Shown piece after piece: positions 54,821-64,000 of a DNA stretch of 64,000 bases. The stretch covers positions 25,641-89,640 of the forward strand of contig JAHIWS010000021.1 of the NCBI GenBank assembly GCA_018815925.1, given 5' to 3'. Each line of letters starts with the position of its first letter. The first letter of the stretch is position 1. Position numbers and translations under genes: made by a program. The DNA is from Nanobdellota archaeon. GTDB taxonomy: Archaea; Nanobdellota; Nanobdellia; Pacearchaeales; GW2011-AR1. The notes beneath the pieces were generated by a model. That model was not told the origin of the DNA, made no database searches, and saw only the letters and a program-made list of their open reading frames with translations.

Positions 54821-57800
54821 ATGATAAATAAAATAATTCAGTTGGAACAAAGAAAAAAAGAAATTATTGAAAAGATAAGAACAGTTGCTAAAGTCAAAAG
54901 AAGAATAATAAATTATACTAAAAAACTAATTTCAGACTTTAATTCTAAAAAAATTACAAAAGAAGAATATCAAGAAAAATTAAAAAAAGATTTCAAACAG
55001 AAATATCCTCAAGAATGGCTTGATTATTATACTAAACACATTACAATATACGAAAAACACCTTGAAGAATGTGAAAAAGCAATTTCAAGAGAAAAAAGAA
55101 AATCAATTATAAAAAAAATAATTTTACCTCTAATAAGCATTGCCTTAATTTCAATGGGATTATTTTTATACTCTTATTTACAAGAACGTGCTCCTGCTTT
55201 AGCACCCCCAACAATAGAAACTTATACAGAAACCTTAGGTGTTACTATAAATGAAAACATAACCTATACCTGGATTTTAGATAATTTTGGAACACTGCAA
55301 TCAGTTAAATTATCTGGGTTAATAATAGAACAAGGAAATGCAAAAGTATATTTAGAAGACAACTCAGAAAATGAATTTTTAATATTTGATAGTCTTAATA
55401 TAGGAATACTTTACAGCCCAGATGAAAACATAACTCAAAATACAACACAACCAACAAACCAAACAATCCCTCAAACCAACATTTCAAACCAAACTCTTTC
55501 TCCAAATCAAACAACAAACATAACACAACCAACAAACCAAACAACACTCACACCAGAAAAAATAACAATTCCTGAAAATATTACACAAGAAATTCCAATC
55601 AATGAAACAAACATAACAAAAAAAATTATTCCTATAAACATCACACTAAATTTTTCAGATATTTGTGAAGAAACTTGTGACTTATCTGAATTTAATCTAA
55701 ACCAAACTTCCTACAATCTAAAAATAGAAATAACTAACTCGGAATTATACTTAGACACAATAACTTATGAAATAATAACTCAAGAAATAACACTTCCTCC
55801 TGAAAATATAACAATTCCTGAAAATATAACAGAAGAACCTCTCTCTACTCCTTTAAAAGAAACAGGAGAAAAAGCAACATGGTGGAACTCTTTTTATCAA
55901 TACAGAAAACAATTAAGAATAACAAATAACCAAGCTTCTACTTTAGTAGCCGGATATAGTGTTTATTTTGTAATTGACACAACAGGACCAGATTTTTTAG
56001 ATAATGGAGATGACCTAAGAATTGTATGGGATAGTGGAACAGGCTTAATTGAGTTAGATAGAGTAAATGAAACAATATTTGATTCTACAACAACACAAAT
56101 TTGGTTCAAATCACAGCAAAATATTCCTGCAAGTTCTTATGATGAAAACTATTATTTGTATTACGGCAATAATGCTGCTGCAAATCCTCCAAATAATAAA
56201 AAAAATGTTTATCTATGGTTTGATGATTTTAATAGAGTCAATAAACCTGATATTACTACTGAATCTGATTACTCAATAAAAACAAATGGTGGAACATGGT
56301 CAATAGAAAATAATCAACTTAAAAATATAGGTGCTACAGGAGACCCAAATAAATTATTTATAACAGCTTTAGGTTCAAGTGTTCTTCCTGTAGAAATGCT
56401 AACAAAAATAAATGTAAATACCTGGGTTGCAAATAATGATCTTGGAAGAATAGGTCTTTCTCAAGATATGATATCTACTGGTGCAGGTTATTGTTCATTA
56501 TTTCATAATGACCAAAGTAGTTTAGATTTACTAAATGATTTGCTTTCTTGGGGAACTCTTGGAACTTATTCTTGGTTAACAAATACTTGGTATAATATGA
56601 GATTTAAAGTAATTGATCCTTCAACAAGAAATGGGCAAATAAAAGTCTGGCAATCAGGAACTGCAGAACCAGGTTCTTGGACAATTGATGGAAATTTTGG
56701 AACAGGAGCAGCAAAAACAAATGGGTATGTTGGATTTGCAGGCTCAAGGCAAGCAGACATAACTTATTTTGATGATATCCAAATAAGATATATTGTAGCA
56801 CAAGAACCAACACTAACAATATTTGATGTTCAAAACACACCTCCATCAATTCCATTAGATATGGAATGCAATGGGGTTAGTGGTCCAGGAAGTTGTAATA
56901 TAGAAGTTAATACAGGAGTTTTATTGGAAGCAACTGGTTCAACAGATGAGGATTTAGATCTAATAACTTATTATCTTGAAGCTTATTTAGATTCAGGAGG
57001 AACTTGTGCAAATAATGGTGCTTGTGATTTATGTGGAAATTCTGCTCAATGTTCAGATTGTTCTGGGGCTGGATGCTCTTGGATTAGCGAAGAAGATTCA
57101 TCAACTTTAATTCACTTTACTGGTTTTGAAACAGATGCTACTGCTCCATGGGATGGTTGGGTTAATGCAGGAACAGATTGTTTGCGTAGTCTTCAATCAG
57201 CAGTTAATGATAATGGGATACTAGGAGGAACATATTCTCTTGAAGTGCAAGACAATACTTTTACTTCTTACACTGCTCAAACTTTTGATTTATCAAGTCC
57301 TTGCGAAGGAAGTACATGTGATAGTATAAATCTTTCTGTTTATTTAAGACCAAGTAGTTATGATAATACTAGGGAAGGTTTTGATATTTGGTGTGATCAT
57401 GGAACTTTAAATGCTGTTAGAATAGCACACTGGATAGAAGATGGAGATAATTGTGTAATAATAGGGGGAATCGATGTTTGTGAAGATGTTTGGACTAAAG
57501 TTGAATTTGATCTTATAAGTCTAGGATGCACAATAGATTCTGCAATTGAAATAAGATTTACTTCACAAGATTTTACATCTGGGGGAAATAATGACCAGGT
57601 GTATATTGATGGAATTAATATTACTGGACACAAATCAGGAGAATTACCAGGTTGTTCAGGAACTTTAGATTGTTCTTCTCTTAACCAAGTTAATTGTCAA
57701 TCCTGTAATCAATGTGATTGGCAAACTTCAAAACAATGGGTAGAAATAGGAAGTCATACTGAAAGTTCAAGTTTTAACTGGGATACTTCTTTATTACCAG

Positions 57801-59179
57801 AACAAACAAATGTTAATTTAAGAGCAAGAGCAATTGATTTAACAGGAAGCAACACATATTCAAATTATTTTACAAAAAATCCAACTTCACCTTATTTAGA
57901 AATAAATCATGGAGCAAATGACCCCCCAATTATAACAATAACTTCAGTAGATACAAACAATCAAGTGGATTTAATACCAGCAAGCACAACACCAGTTGAA
58001 ATTATCTTTGATGTTACAGATCCTAATGGATATACAGATATTGATGATTCTTCAGTCTCAATAAGTTATGATTATGATTTAGGAGGAGAAGTGACAAGAA
58101 ACAATTTCAACTGCCCAGCCCCAACCAACAACGGACTAAACACAAAAACATTTACCTGCACTGTTGATATGGAATATTATGATGCTGCAGGATACTGGAC
58201 AGCAACAATAGACATTAGTGACTTTTCAGGACCTTCAACAGGTCAAGATACACACCAATTCACAGTTAATTTTTTAAGAGCAATATCTTTAAATCCAGGA
58301 ACAATTACTTTTCCTCCAATATTTCCAGGACAAACAAACATAAACTCAGCACAAAATACAAACATAATAAATGAAGGAAACTTTGAGATTCCAGAAGATA
58401 GTAAACTACAAATAACTTCTCAAGCACTTATAGGACAATCTAATCCTCTGGAAAATATTTCAGGAAATAATTTTAGAGTAGTTGAGGAATCTATTGGAAA
58501 TCCTTGTGTTTTAGGAACCCAATTATCAGAAACAATTCCAATAGATATCTCTGGAATAACCTTATCAAGACTTCCTCCAGGCTCTTATGTAAATATTTCT
58601 TATTGTTTAACTTCTGTTCCAAGTATAAGTTCTCAAGACTATTCAACAACAGGTTATAATGCATGGAGTATAGATATTGTAGTCCTTCTTGTAGCTGTAA
58701 TTCCAGCTCGTAGAAAAAAGAAGAAGAAAATATTAGATGAAAACTTTTTAAACTTTTTAGATGAAAACCTAAAAGATCTATTAATATTTGTAAAACAAAA
58801 TAAAATAAAATCAAAACTTCAAAATATTGAAATCCCCTTAAGTATCTTCAAACAAGGATTAAGTCCTGCAGAAGTTGTCTGCAAATATTTAAAAGAAAAT
58901 AAAAAATTAAAATTCAGTGAAATTGCAATAGCTCTTAACAGAGATCAAAGAACAATCTGGATAAATTACAGAAACTCTTCAAATAAATTAAAAGAAAAAA
59001 TAAAAATAGAAAAATCAGTTTTAATTCCAATTAACATATTCAAGAATAAACTAAGTATATTAGAAGCTATTGTAAAATATCTAAAAGATTTAGGATTAAA
59101 AAACCAGGACATTGCAAAACTTTTAGGAAAAAATCCAAACAACATATGGACAATTTATTCAAGAGCAATAAAAAAATAA
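54821..59179 (+). CDS. giant two-pass membrane surface protein: N-glycosylation-rich stalk, DUF2341/LamG-like lectin region, Cys-rich modules, Ig-like domains, cytoplasmic tandem HTH tail
   Basis: TM1 IILPLISIALISMGLFLYSYL and TM2 WSIDIVVLLVAVIP followed by RRKKKKK. WWNSFYQYRKQLRITNN...GDDLRIVWD is DUF2341-like. The two C-terminal repeats are IP.sIFK..LS..E..VKYLK...LK...IA..L......IW..Y. Confidence 0.8.
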   Translation: MINKIIQLEQRKKEIIEKIRTVAKVKRRIINYTKKLISDFNSKKITKEEYQEKLKKDFKQKYPQEWLDYYTKHITIYEKHLEECEKAISREKRKSIIKKIILPLISIALISMGLFLYSYLQERAPALAPPTIETYTETLGVTINENITYTWILDNFGTLQSVKLSGLIIEQGNAKVYLEDNSENEFLIFDSLNIGILYSPDENITQNTTQPTNQTIPQTNISNQTLSPNQTTNITQPTNQTTLTPEKITIPENITQEIPINETNITKKIIPINITLNFSDICEETCDLSEFNLNQTSYNLKIEITNSELYLDTITYEIITQEITLPPENITIPENITEEPLSTPLKETGEKATWWNSFYQYRKQLRITNNQASTLVAGYSVYFVIDTTGPDFLDNGDDLRIVWDSGTGLIELDRVNETIFDSTTTQIWFKSQQNIPASSYDENYYLYYGNNAAANPPNNKKNVYLWFDDFNRVNKPDITTESDYSIKTNGGTWSIENNQLKNIGATGDPNKLFITALGSSVLPVEMLTKINVNTWVANNDLGRIGLSQDMISTGAGYCSLFHNDQSSLDLLNDLLSWGTLGTYSWLTNTWYNMRFKVIDPSTRNGQIKVWQSGTAEPGSWTIDGNFGTGAAKTNGYVGFAGSRQADITYFDDIQIRYIVAQEPTLTIFDVQNTPPSIPLDMECNGVSGPGSCNIEVNTGVLLEATGSTDEDLDLITYYLEAYLDSGGTCANNGACDLCGNSAQCSDCSGAGCSWISEEDSSTLIHFTGFETDATAPWDGWVNAGTDCLRSLQSAVNDNGILGGTYSLEVQDNTFTSYTAQTFDLSSPCEGSTCDSINLSVYLRPSSYDNTREGFDIWCDHGTLNAVRIAHWIEDGDNCVIIGGIDVCEDVWTKVEFDLISLGCTIDSAIEIRFTSQDFTSGGNNDQVYIDGINITGHKSGELPGCSGTLDCSSLNQVNCQSCNQCDWQTSKQWVEIGSHTESSSFNWDTSLLPEQTNVNLRARAIDLTGSNTYSNYFTKNPTSPYLEINHGANDPPIITITSVDTNNQVDLIPASTTPVEIIFDVTDPNGYTDIDDSSVSISYDYDLGGEVTRNNFNCPAPTNNGLNTKTFTCTVDMEYYDAAGYWTATIDISDFSGPSTGQDTHQFTVNFLRAISLNPGTITFPPIFPGQTNINSAQNTNIINEGNFEIPEDSKLQITSQALIGQSNPLENISGNNFRVVEESIGNPCVLGTQLSETIPIDISGITLSRLPPGSYVNISYCLTSVPSISSQDYSTTGYNAWSIDIVVLLVAVIPARRKKKKKILDENFLNFLDENLKDLLIFVKQNKIKSKLQNIEIPLSIFKQGLSPAEVVCKYLKENKKLKFSEIAIALNRDQRTIWINYRNSSNKLKEKIKIEKSVLIPINIFKNKLSILEAIVKYLKDLGLKNQDIAKLLGKNPNNIWTIYSRAIKK

Positions 59180-59217
59180 AATAGCCTTTCAATTAAAGAA
59201 AAGTATTTAAATAGAAA

Positions 59218-60147
59218 ATGAGTAAAAACAATATGAAAAGAGGTCATTTAGTATTAGGGATATTATTATTAATGATAATCATACCTTTTACAAATGCAGG
59301 ATTCTGGGATATTTTTAAAAAATCAGAACCTCAATTAGAACCTCAAGATGTTAGTGTTACTGTTGGAAATTCACCTCCTTCAGTCATAATAAACTACATA
59401 GATTCTGACCAAGATAATAGTGTCACACTAACCCAGGCAGGAATTGTTGCTGTAGAAATAAATTTTAATGTAACAGATTTTAATGGTTATTCTGATATTG
59501 ATGATTCTTCTCTAGCAATAAGTTTTGATCTTGATTTAGGAGGAGAACAAAGAACAGGAGCAATAGGTGATTGTACTAGTATAACAAACGATGGAGCTAA
59601 TACAAAAGAATATATTTGTGGGATTAATATGTATCATTATGATCATGATGGAGCATGGACAGCAACAGTAAATATTGATGATCAAACACCTGAAATAGGC
59701 CAAGACAATCACTCATTTATAGTAGAACAATTAAAAGCAATAAGCCTAATACCTTTAGGAATTAGTTTTGGAACTGTAACAGCAGGACAACCCAATATTA
59801 TTGGAGAAGATACAGAAGTCACAAATGAAGGAAATTATGCTATTAGTGCTGATCTGGCAATTACAGCTCAAAACTTAACAGGAGATACAACTCCTTCTGA
59901 ATATATCCCTGCAATTAATTTTAACTCAGCAGACCAATCAGAAGCAGATGTTTGTGGAAGTGGAAGTGCTCTTATTGAAGACAATCCTATTTCAATACCT
60001 AATTTTGTGCTTTCAAAAGGAACAATAGCAACCCCCCTCCCAAACAGAAATGTCACTCACTGCTTAACCCTTGTTCCAACAGGAATAAGTGATCAAATAT
60101 ATTCAGCAACAACAATAAAAACAATACAATGGGAATTTTTAATTTAA
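59218..60147 (+). CDS. secreted protein paralogous to the distal extracellular domains of the giant protein
   Basis: Signal peptide LVLGILLLMIIIPFTNA. NVTDFNGYSDIDDSSLAISFDLDLGGE and AWTATVNIDD mirror DVTDPNGYTDIDDSSVSISYDYDLGGE and YWTATIDISD in the giant protein. Confidence 0.6.
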   Translation: MSKNNMKRGHLVLGILLLMIIIPFTNAGFWDIFKKSEPQLEPQDVSVTVGNSPPSVIINYIDSDQDNSVTLTQAGIVAVEINFNVTDFNGYSDIDDSSLAISFDLDLGGEQRTGAIGDCTSITNDGANTKEYICGINMYHYDHDGAWTATVNIDDQTPEIGQDNHSFIVEQLKAISLIPLGISFGTVTAGQPNIIGEDTEVTNEGNYAISADLAITAQNLTGDTTPSEYIPAINFNSADQSEADVCGSGSALIEDNPISIPNFVLSKGTIATPLPNRNVTHCLTLVPTGISDQIYSATTIKTIQWEFLI

Positions 60148-60677
60148 AAATAACAATATTAATAACAATAATTTTACTAGTCGGAACAGGAAGTGTTATT
60201 GCATTTGGAGTTAGTTCTCCATACTGGGATAAAAATCCTCTAGAAATGTACCCTGGACAAGTTAAAGAAATTGAATTCACACTTGTAAATAAACCAAATG
60301 CAGAAACAGCAAATGCTGTTGTTGAATTAAAACAAGGAGAACAAATAGCTGAAATAAGTAGTGGAAAAAACTATGTTGTGGCTCCTGGAAGCAAAGACAC
60401 AAAAGTAATTTTAAAGATAAGTGTTCCTGAAACTGCTCAAATAGGACATGTTTTTGATGTTAAATTTACAGTTAAAGCAGCTCCTGAGAATCAAGGAGGA
60501 ACAGTACAACTAGGAATAGGTTATAATGTAGATTTCCCTGTTAAAATAGTTGAAGAATATGAAGAAGAAATCATAACTCCTGAAGAACCAAAATCAAAAA
60601 TAAGTTGGTTAACCTGGTTAATTGCGATAGTGATTGTTCTTGTAATAGCTTATTTATTTCTAAGAAGAAAAAGATAA
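60129..60677 (+). CDS. surface protein with N-terminal signal/TM and C-terminal TM anchor
   Basis: Beta-rich ectodomain and the C-terminal anchor WLTWLIAIVIVLVIAYLFLRRKR. Overlaps the previous gene by 19 nt. Confidence 0.55.
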   Translation: MGIFNLKITILITIILLVGTGSVIAFGVSSPYWDKNPLEMYPGQVKEIEFTLVNKPNAETANAVVELKQGEQIAEISSGKNYVVAPGSKDTKVILKISVPETAQIGHVFDVKFTVKAAPENQGGTVQLGIGYNVDFPVKIVEEYEEEIITPEEPKSKISWLTWLIAIVIVLVIAYLFLRRKR

Positions 60678-60707
60678 TTTTAAATAAAAAGAATATTAAA
60701 GGTATTT

Positions 60708-62009
60708 ATGAAAAGAGGAATAATTATTTTATTTTTATTAATAATATTAACTAATTTTAGTCTAGCAAATCAAGCATCTCTAAGCCCAAGTGATGTTTCT
60801 GTTGTGGTGGATAGTCATGCACCAAGTATTGAAATACTTAGTCCATTAAATCAAAGCTATGCTCTAACTATATTAGTTAACTACACTGTTATTGATCCTA
60901 CACTTGATTCAACCTGGTATTCTCTAGATAATCAACCAAATCTAACAATCTTTGGACCTTTTGAATTAACTCTAACAGAAGGAGGCCACCACCTAATAAT
61001 TTATGCAAATGATAGTTTTTCCAGGATAAATTTCTCAGAAGTTTCTTTTAATATAAATTCTTCATTAGGACCTTATTGTGGGAATAATAATTGTGATACT
61101 AATGAAAACTGCTCAAACTGTCCTTCTGACTGTGGAGAATGTTCTTATTGTGGAGACGGCAATTGTGATTCAGATGAAACATGTTCAACATGTGAAGATG
61201 ATTGCGGAGAGTGTTCCCCTGATGATGAAGAAAAACCACCACAAGATAATGAAATAATTATATTAACAAGAGATTTTACTCTTTCTCCATCTACATTAAA
61301 AATTACTTCAACTCCAGGCCAAACTCAAACACAAAAAATAACAGTAGAAAACATAGGAGAAACAAGTCTAAACATTAATTTTGAAATATCCCCTACCATA
61401 ATACTTTTTTCAAAACTTAATCAAGAAAATTTATTCTTGGGCCCAGGAGAAAAAAAAGATATAGGAATAATCTTTGATATTCCTGAAAAAACAACTCCAA
61501 ATGTTTATACAGGAAATATTTTAGCAAAATCAGGAAATCTTTACAAAGCCCTATATCTAAGTATAGAAATAGAAAGTTCAGAACCTCTTTTCGATGTTTT
61601 AGTAACAATTCCATCTGAATATTTAACTGTTTATCCAGGAGATATAATTCCTGCAGAAATAGAAATCATTGATGTTGGAAACGTTGGAATAGTAAAAACT
61701 TCAATTGAAAAAATAATTAAAGATTTTGAAGATAAAATTATCCTTGAAAAAAAACAAAACCTCTCAATCAATGGGAAAATAAATTTTACTGAAATTTTAA
61801 ACATACCTAAAAATATCCTTCCAGGAAAATATGTTTTTTATGTAACAGTAAATTATGAAAATAAAACAGCAATCAGTAGTCAAGAATTTGAAGTAAAAAC
61901 AAATTATCCTTTAAGAATTTTAATTATATCTATTATAATGGGAATAATAATCATCTTATTAATTATTATTTATCTAATTAAAAAGAGAAAAAAACCTAAG
62001 AAAAAATGA
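60708..62009 (+). CDS. surface protein with Cys-rich CGxGxCDxxExCxxCxxDCGEC repeats and C-terminal TM anchor
   Basis: Signal peptide plus two repeats, CGNNNCDTNENCSNCPSDCGEC and CGDGNCDSDETCSTCEDDCGEC. Ig/CARDB-like beta regions and a C-terminal TM followed by KKRKKPKKK. Confidence 0.6.
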   Translation: MKRGIIILFLLIILTNFSLANQASLSPSDVSVVVDSHAPSIEILSPLNQSYALTILVNYTVIDPTLDSTWYSLDNQPNLTIFGPFELTLTEGGHHLIIYANDSFSRINFSEVSFNINSSLGPYCGNNNCDTNENCSNCPSDCGECSYCGDGNCDSDETCSTCEDDCGECSPDDEEKPPQDNEIIILTRDFTLSPSTLKITSTPGQTQTQKITVENIGETSLNINFEISPTIILFSKLNQENLFLGPGEKKDIGIIFDIPEKTTPNVYTGNILAKSGNLYKALYLSIEIESSEPLFDVLVTIPSEYLTVYPGDIIPAEIEIIDVGNVGIVKTSIEKIIKDFEDKIILEKKQNLSINGKINFTEILNIPKNILPGKYVFYVTVNYENKTAISSQEFEVKTNYPLRILIISIIMGIIIILLIIIYLIKKRKKPKKK

Positions 62010-62020
62010 TCTGTATCTAA

Positions 62021-62296
62021 CTAATCTTCTCTATAAACTACAGCAATAACCTTATCATCTCCAAAATGATGTTCTCTATTATACACAACACTATTAAATT
62101 CTACCTTAAAAGGACGACAAAGTAATAAATTTTTCTGATCATCACTTAAATTAATCTCAGAACCATCTCCTTTCTTACAAAAAACAATATTTCCTTCTTT
62201 AATTATGCACTCAATTGTGTTTTTATTCCTATCATGACCACATTTACAAGAAGGCCACTCTCCTTGGAGATAAGTAAAATTAGATTCATCTTTCAT
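62021..62296 (-). CDS. hypothetical small Cys/His-containing protein
   Basis: 91-aa ORF with CKCGHD...C...FCKKG. Confidence 0.4.
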   Translation of the reverse strand: MKDESNFTYLQGEWPSCKCGHDRNKNTIECIIKEGNIVFCKKGDGSEINLSDDQKNLLLCRPFKVEFNSVVYNREHHFGDDKVIAVVYRED

Positions 62297-62346
62297 AAAA
62301 AATAAATTAATCAGGTCTTTTTAAAGTTAATTACACTAAAGAATAA

Positions 62347-63408
62347 TTAACACTGAGCAACAGTATCTGTTCCTGTGTTATATCCAAATCCTGCTGAAGG
62401 AGAACTAGAACTTAATGATTCACTACATTCTGAAGGAGCAATATTAAATGCTGCACAAATACCCACTAAATAACTTGCAGGACTTCTTCCTGCACTTGAT
62501 TGAACACCATTAATAATCAAAGTAGGACTTCCGCTAACACCATATCCTTCACTTAATGCAGAATCAACAGCAAAATAATCTTCTGCCTTATTATTCAAAC
62601 ATGTCTGCAACTTAGCACTATTAATACCAGCTTCTTTCTCACAAGCACTAACATCTCCTGGTTCTTGAGGATTATCAGAATCTAAAATACAAACCATATA
62701 TTTGTTCAACTTATCTTGTCCTTCTTCTTCTCTTATACACAACTCTCTCTTATTTTCAAGATCTTCCTTATCTCCATGAAGAATATAATGGACAAACCTC
62801 AAATTAAAATCAATTTTATCTCCTAATAAAGCAACAACAGGCAATAATCCTTTTTCTGCCTGAGTTCCATATGGACAATAACTCATTACAAATAATTCTA
62901 CTTCTGGTTTATCTGTTTTTGGAACTTCTGTAGGTGTTTGCTGAGTTGGAGTATTTTGAGCATCTTGTAAAACAGATAAAGGTGTTAAACCCCCAACAAG
63001 ATTTTCTCCATCTTTAGTCAAATAAACAGGAACTTCTGTTCCTTGCATAAAAAGAACAACCTCATATAAACCACTTTTCTCATTAACTTCAATCAATTCT
63101 ACATTACCAACTTGAGCATTTGCTAATTCAAGCACAGTATTTCCAGCAGCCTCTGAAGAAATAACTCCTCCTGAAACAACACCTCCAGTAAGCCCTCCTG
63201 AAAAATTTCCAACTAATAATATTAAAACAATAATTCCTAAAACAAGTGTTGAAATAATCCAAGGATTAGCCCTCATCTTTTCTGTAAGAGTCCCTTGTTC
63301 TCCTACAGGTTTAATAGGTTTAACATTTTCTTTCATCTCAGGTTTAACCTTACTCTCTCCAGGAACTTCTTTTTTTTCTTCCTCAACCTTTCCATCTTTT
63401 TCATCCAT
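62347..63408 (-). CDS. membrane-anchored thioredoxin-fold (DsbA/GILT-like) protein with CPYG variant active site
   Basis: N-terminal TM helix. FVMSYCPYGTQAE sits where DsbA has CxxC. GSPTLIINGV corresponds to the cis-Pro loop region. Confidence 0.5.
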   Translation of the reverse strand: MDEKDGKVEEEKKEVPGESKVKPEMKENVKPIKPVGEQGTLTEKMRANPWIISTLVLGIIVLILLVGNFSGGLTGGVVSGGVISSEAAGNTVLELANAQVGNVELIEVNEKSGLYEVVLFMQGTEVPVYLTKDGENLVGGLTPLSVLQDAQNTPTQQTPTEVPKTDKPEVELFVMSYCPYGTQAEKGLLPVVALLGDKIDFNLRFVHYILHGDKEDLENKRELCIREEEGQDKLNKYMVCILDSDNPQEPGDVSACEKEAGINSAKLQTCLNNKAEDYFAVDSALSEGYGVSGSPTLIINGVQSSAGRSPASYLVGICAAFNIAPSECSESLSSSSPSAGFGYNTGTDTVAQC

Positions 63409-63569
63409 CTAAATTCTATGAAAAAAGCCTTTAAAAATATTTCGTAATTACAATTAAAATGTTTTTAGCCAAAAATTTCTAAAAAAAAGTTTTGTGATAC
63501 TATAATACTCTAAAAATACTATAGTAAGTTCAACAATAATTATAAAAATACAAATCAAGTCATTTAATT

Positions 63570-64000
63570 ATGACCCAAGATATAATTATAGGTAGAAATG
63601 AAGCAGACAAAATTGCTTTTGGAAATAAAGGACTTGTTTTTCTTGGAAAGAGTTATGTAAAAATGGGCCAGTATACCTCGCTTAGTAATAAAATTTTAAT
63701 GGACATAGCAAGAAGTCATGTCGTGTTAGTTGCTGGAAAGAGAGGAAGTGGAAAATCTTACACCTTGGGAGTCATAGCAGAAGAACTTTCTAGTCTTCCT
63801 ACGGAAGCAAAAAATAATATTGCTTCACTAATATTTGATACAATGGGTATTTATTGGACAACGAAATTCTCAAATGAAAAAGATAAAGAATTATTAAGAG
63901 ATTGGGAACTTGATTCAAAAAATCTTCCTATAAAAATTTTTGTTCCTTACGGACACTATGATTCTTATATGTATAAAGGAATTAATGCTGATGAAAAATT
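63570..64000 (+). CDS. HerA/DUF87-like P-loop ATPase, N-terminal part (3' end outside window)
   Basis: My translation from ATG 63570 is MTQDIIIGRNEADKIAFGNKG...ARSHVVLVAGKRGSGKSYTLGVIAEEL (Walker A in HerA-like context). The frame is open to the window end. TATA-like AATTATAAAAAT lies about 30 nt upstream. Confidence 0.6.
   Translation, partial: MTQDIIIGRNEADKIAFGNKGLVFLGKSYVKMGQYTSLSNKILMDIARSHVVLVAGKRGSGKSYTLGVIAEELSSLPTEAKNNIASLIFDTMGIYWTTKFSNEKDKELLRDWELDSKNLPIKIFVPYGHYDSYMYKGINADEK

Noticed and set aside
57880-59800. Diversity-generating retroelement (template/variable repeat pair) between the giant protein and its paralogue at 59218..60147.
   Set aside because: The two copies are only moderately similar and their differences are not confined to adenine positions. 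There is no reverse transcriptase gene in the window.
1-64000. Search for CRISPR arrays, rRNA genes and large tandem arrays.
   Set aside because: I saw no regularly spaced 25-40-nt repeats and no rRNA-like GC-rich blocks. The only GC-enriched islands are the three tRNAs, the C/D-like motif and the 54.7-kb leader.

Overview
Strongly AT-rich, gene-dense archaeal sequence with the look of a reduced DPANN-type genome (Woese-/Pace-/Nanoarchaeota-like). Archaeal markers include ThrRS with the archaeal editing domain, TrpRS, split PheRS, RFC small and large subunits, fibrillarin plus Nop5, L41e, an Rpp30-like protein, BHB-intron tRNAs and class III (prepilin-like) signal peptides. Many proteins carry Lys-rich tails. 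TATA boxes sit about 29 nt upstream of the ATG, which suggests leaderless mRNAs. Most noteworthy: (1) a 3.7-kb transposon (16-bp terminal inverted repeats, intact 9-bp target duplication) carrying a zinc-ribbon/C5-methyltransferase/restriction-endonuclease operon and a SWIM-DDE transposase, inserted into a TATA box. (2) A 12-kb type IV pilus locus with six pilin-like proteins, a pilin-like vWA adhesin candidate, an embedded LMW tyrosine phosphatase, an ATPase, a split platform and a KaiC/ArlH-like ATPase. (3) A surface-protein operon led by a 1452-aa two-pass membrane protein whose cytoplasmic tail holds two HTH repeats, preceded by a structured leader. (4) A box C/D kink-turn motif between nop5 and the fibrillarin gene. 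Genes missing from the ORF track: a ferredoxin, L41e, three tRNAs (two with introns), a Nudix pseudogene and a HerA-like gene at the window edge.
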